Made by a program: the position numbers and the translations under genes. A stretch of DNA of 63,967 nucleotides, counting the filler, from Octopus bimaculoides (lineage: Eukaryota): the NCBI RefSeq assembly GCF_001194135.2. It is 9 parts of 7 records of this genome, joined end to end, with 100 filler letters (N's around TTAATTAATTAA, not from the genome) between each part and the next. Parts side by side here need not be neighbours in the genome. Positions count along the whole stretch, not along the records: positions 62,957 to 63,967 come from NC_069007.1; 8 more parts are not named here. The stretch is one strand, 5' to 3'. The notes under the pieces were generated by a model. That model saw only the letters and a program-made list of their open reading frames with translations, did no database searches and was not told where the DNA came from. Position 1 is the first letter of the stretch. Each line of letters opens with the position of its first letter. This document shows, one piece after another, positions 63,938 to 63,967 of this stretch.

Positions 63938-63967
63938 GCGTGTGCAAATGAATACGTGTTTAGGGTT

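Noticed and set aside
63840-63967. True chromosome end or fusion site
   Set aside because: Short, degenerate array flanked by ordinary DNA, with orientation opposite to a fusion.

Overview
AT-rich, microsatellite-saturated animal DNA, most likely an octopus (coleoid cephalopod). That call is my recognition of the SINE and RTE families; I did not run a search. There are many N gaps, eight of them carrying an artificial TTAATTAATTAA six-frame-stop linker. No complete gene is visible. The best host-coding candidate is one large minus-strand internal exon (59493-60452, phase 1/1, Ser/Thr/Pro/Asp-rich), plus two weaker first-exon candidates. The rest is a graveyard of mobile elements: several tRNA-derived SINE families, RTE LINE pieces (one with a twin-priming inversion), CRE-like and R4/Dong-like relics, mariner/maT/Tc1 fossils and MITEs. 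The most notable signal is a set of type-I hammerhead ribozyme motifs with short, near-palindromic stem III (24342-24418, 24571-24647, 27194-27241, 40586-40631, and a decayed one at 31052-31128). Two of them form a head-to-head foldback element, suggesting a non-autonomous Penelope-like or retrozyme-like family. Also notable are two adjacent CpG-rich satellites (62 bp, derived from the RTE 3' UTR; 51 bp, palindromic), an 85-bp near-perfect hairpin, and an interstitial telomere-like array at the right edge.
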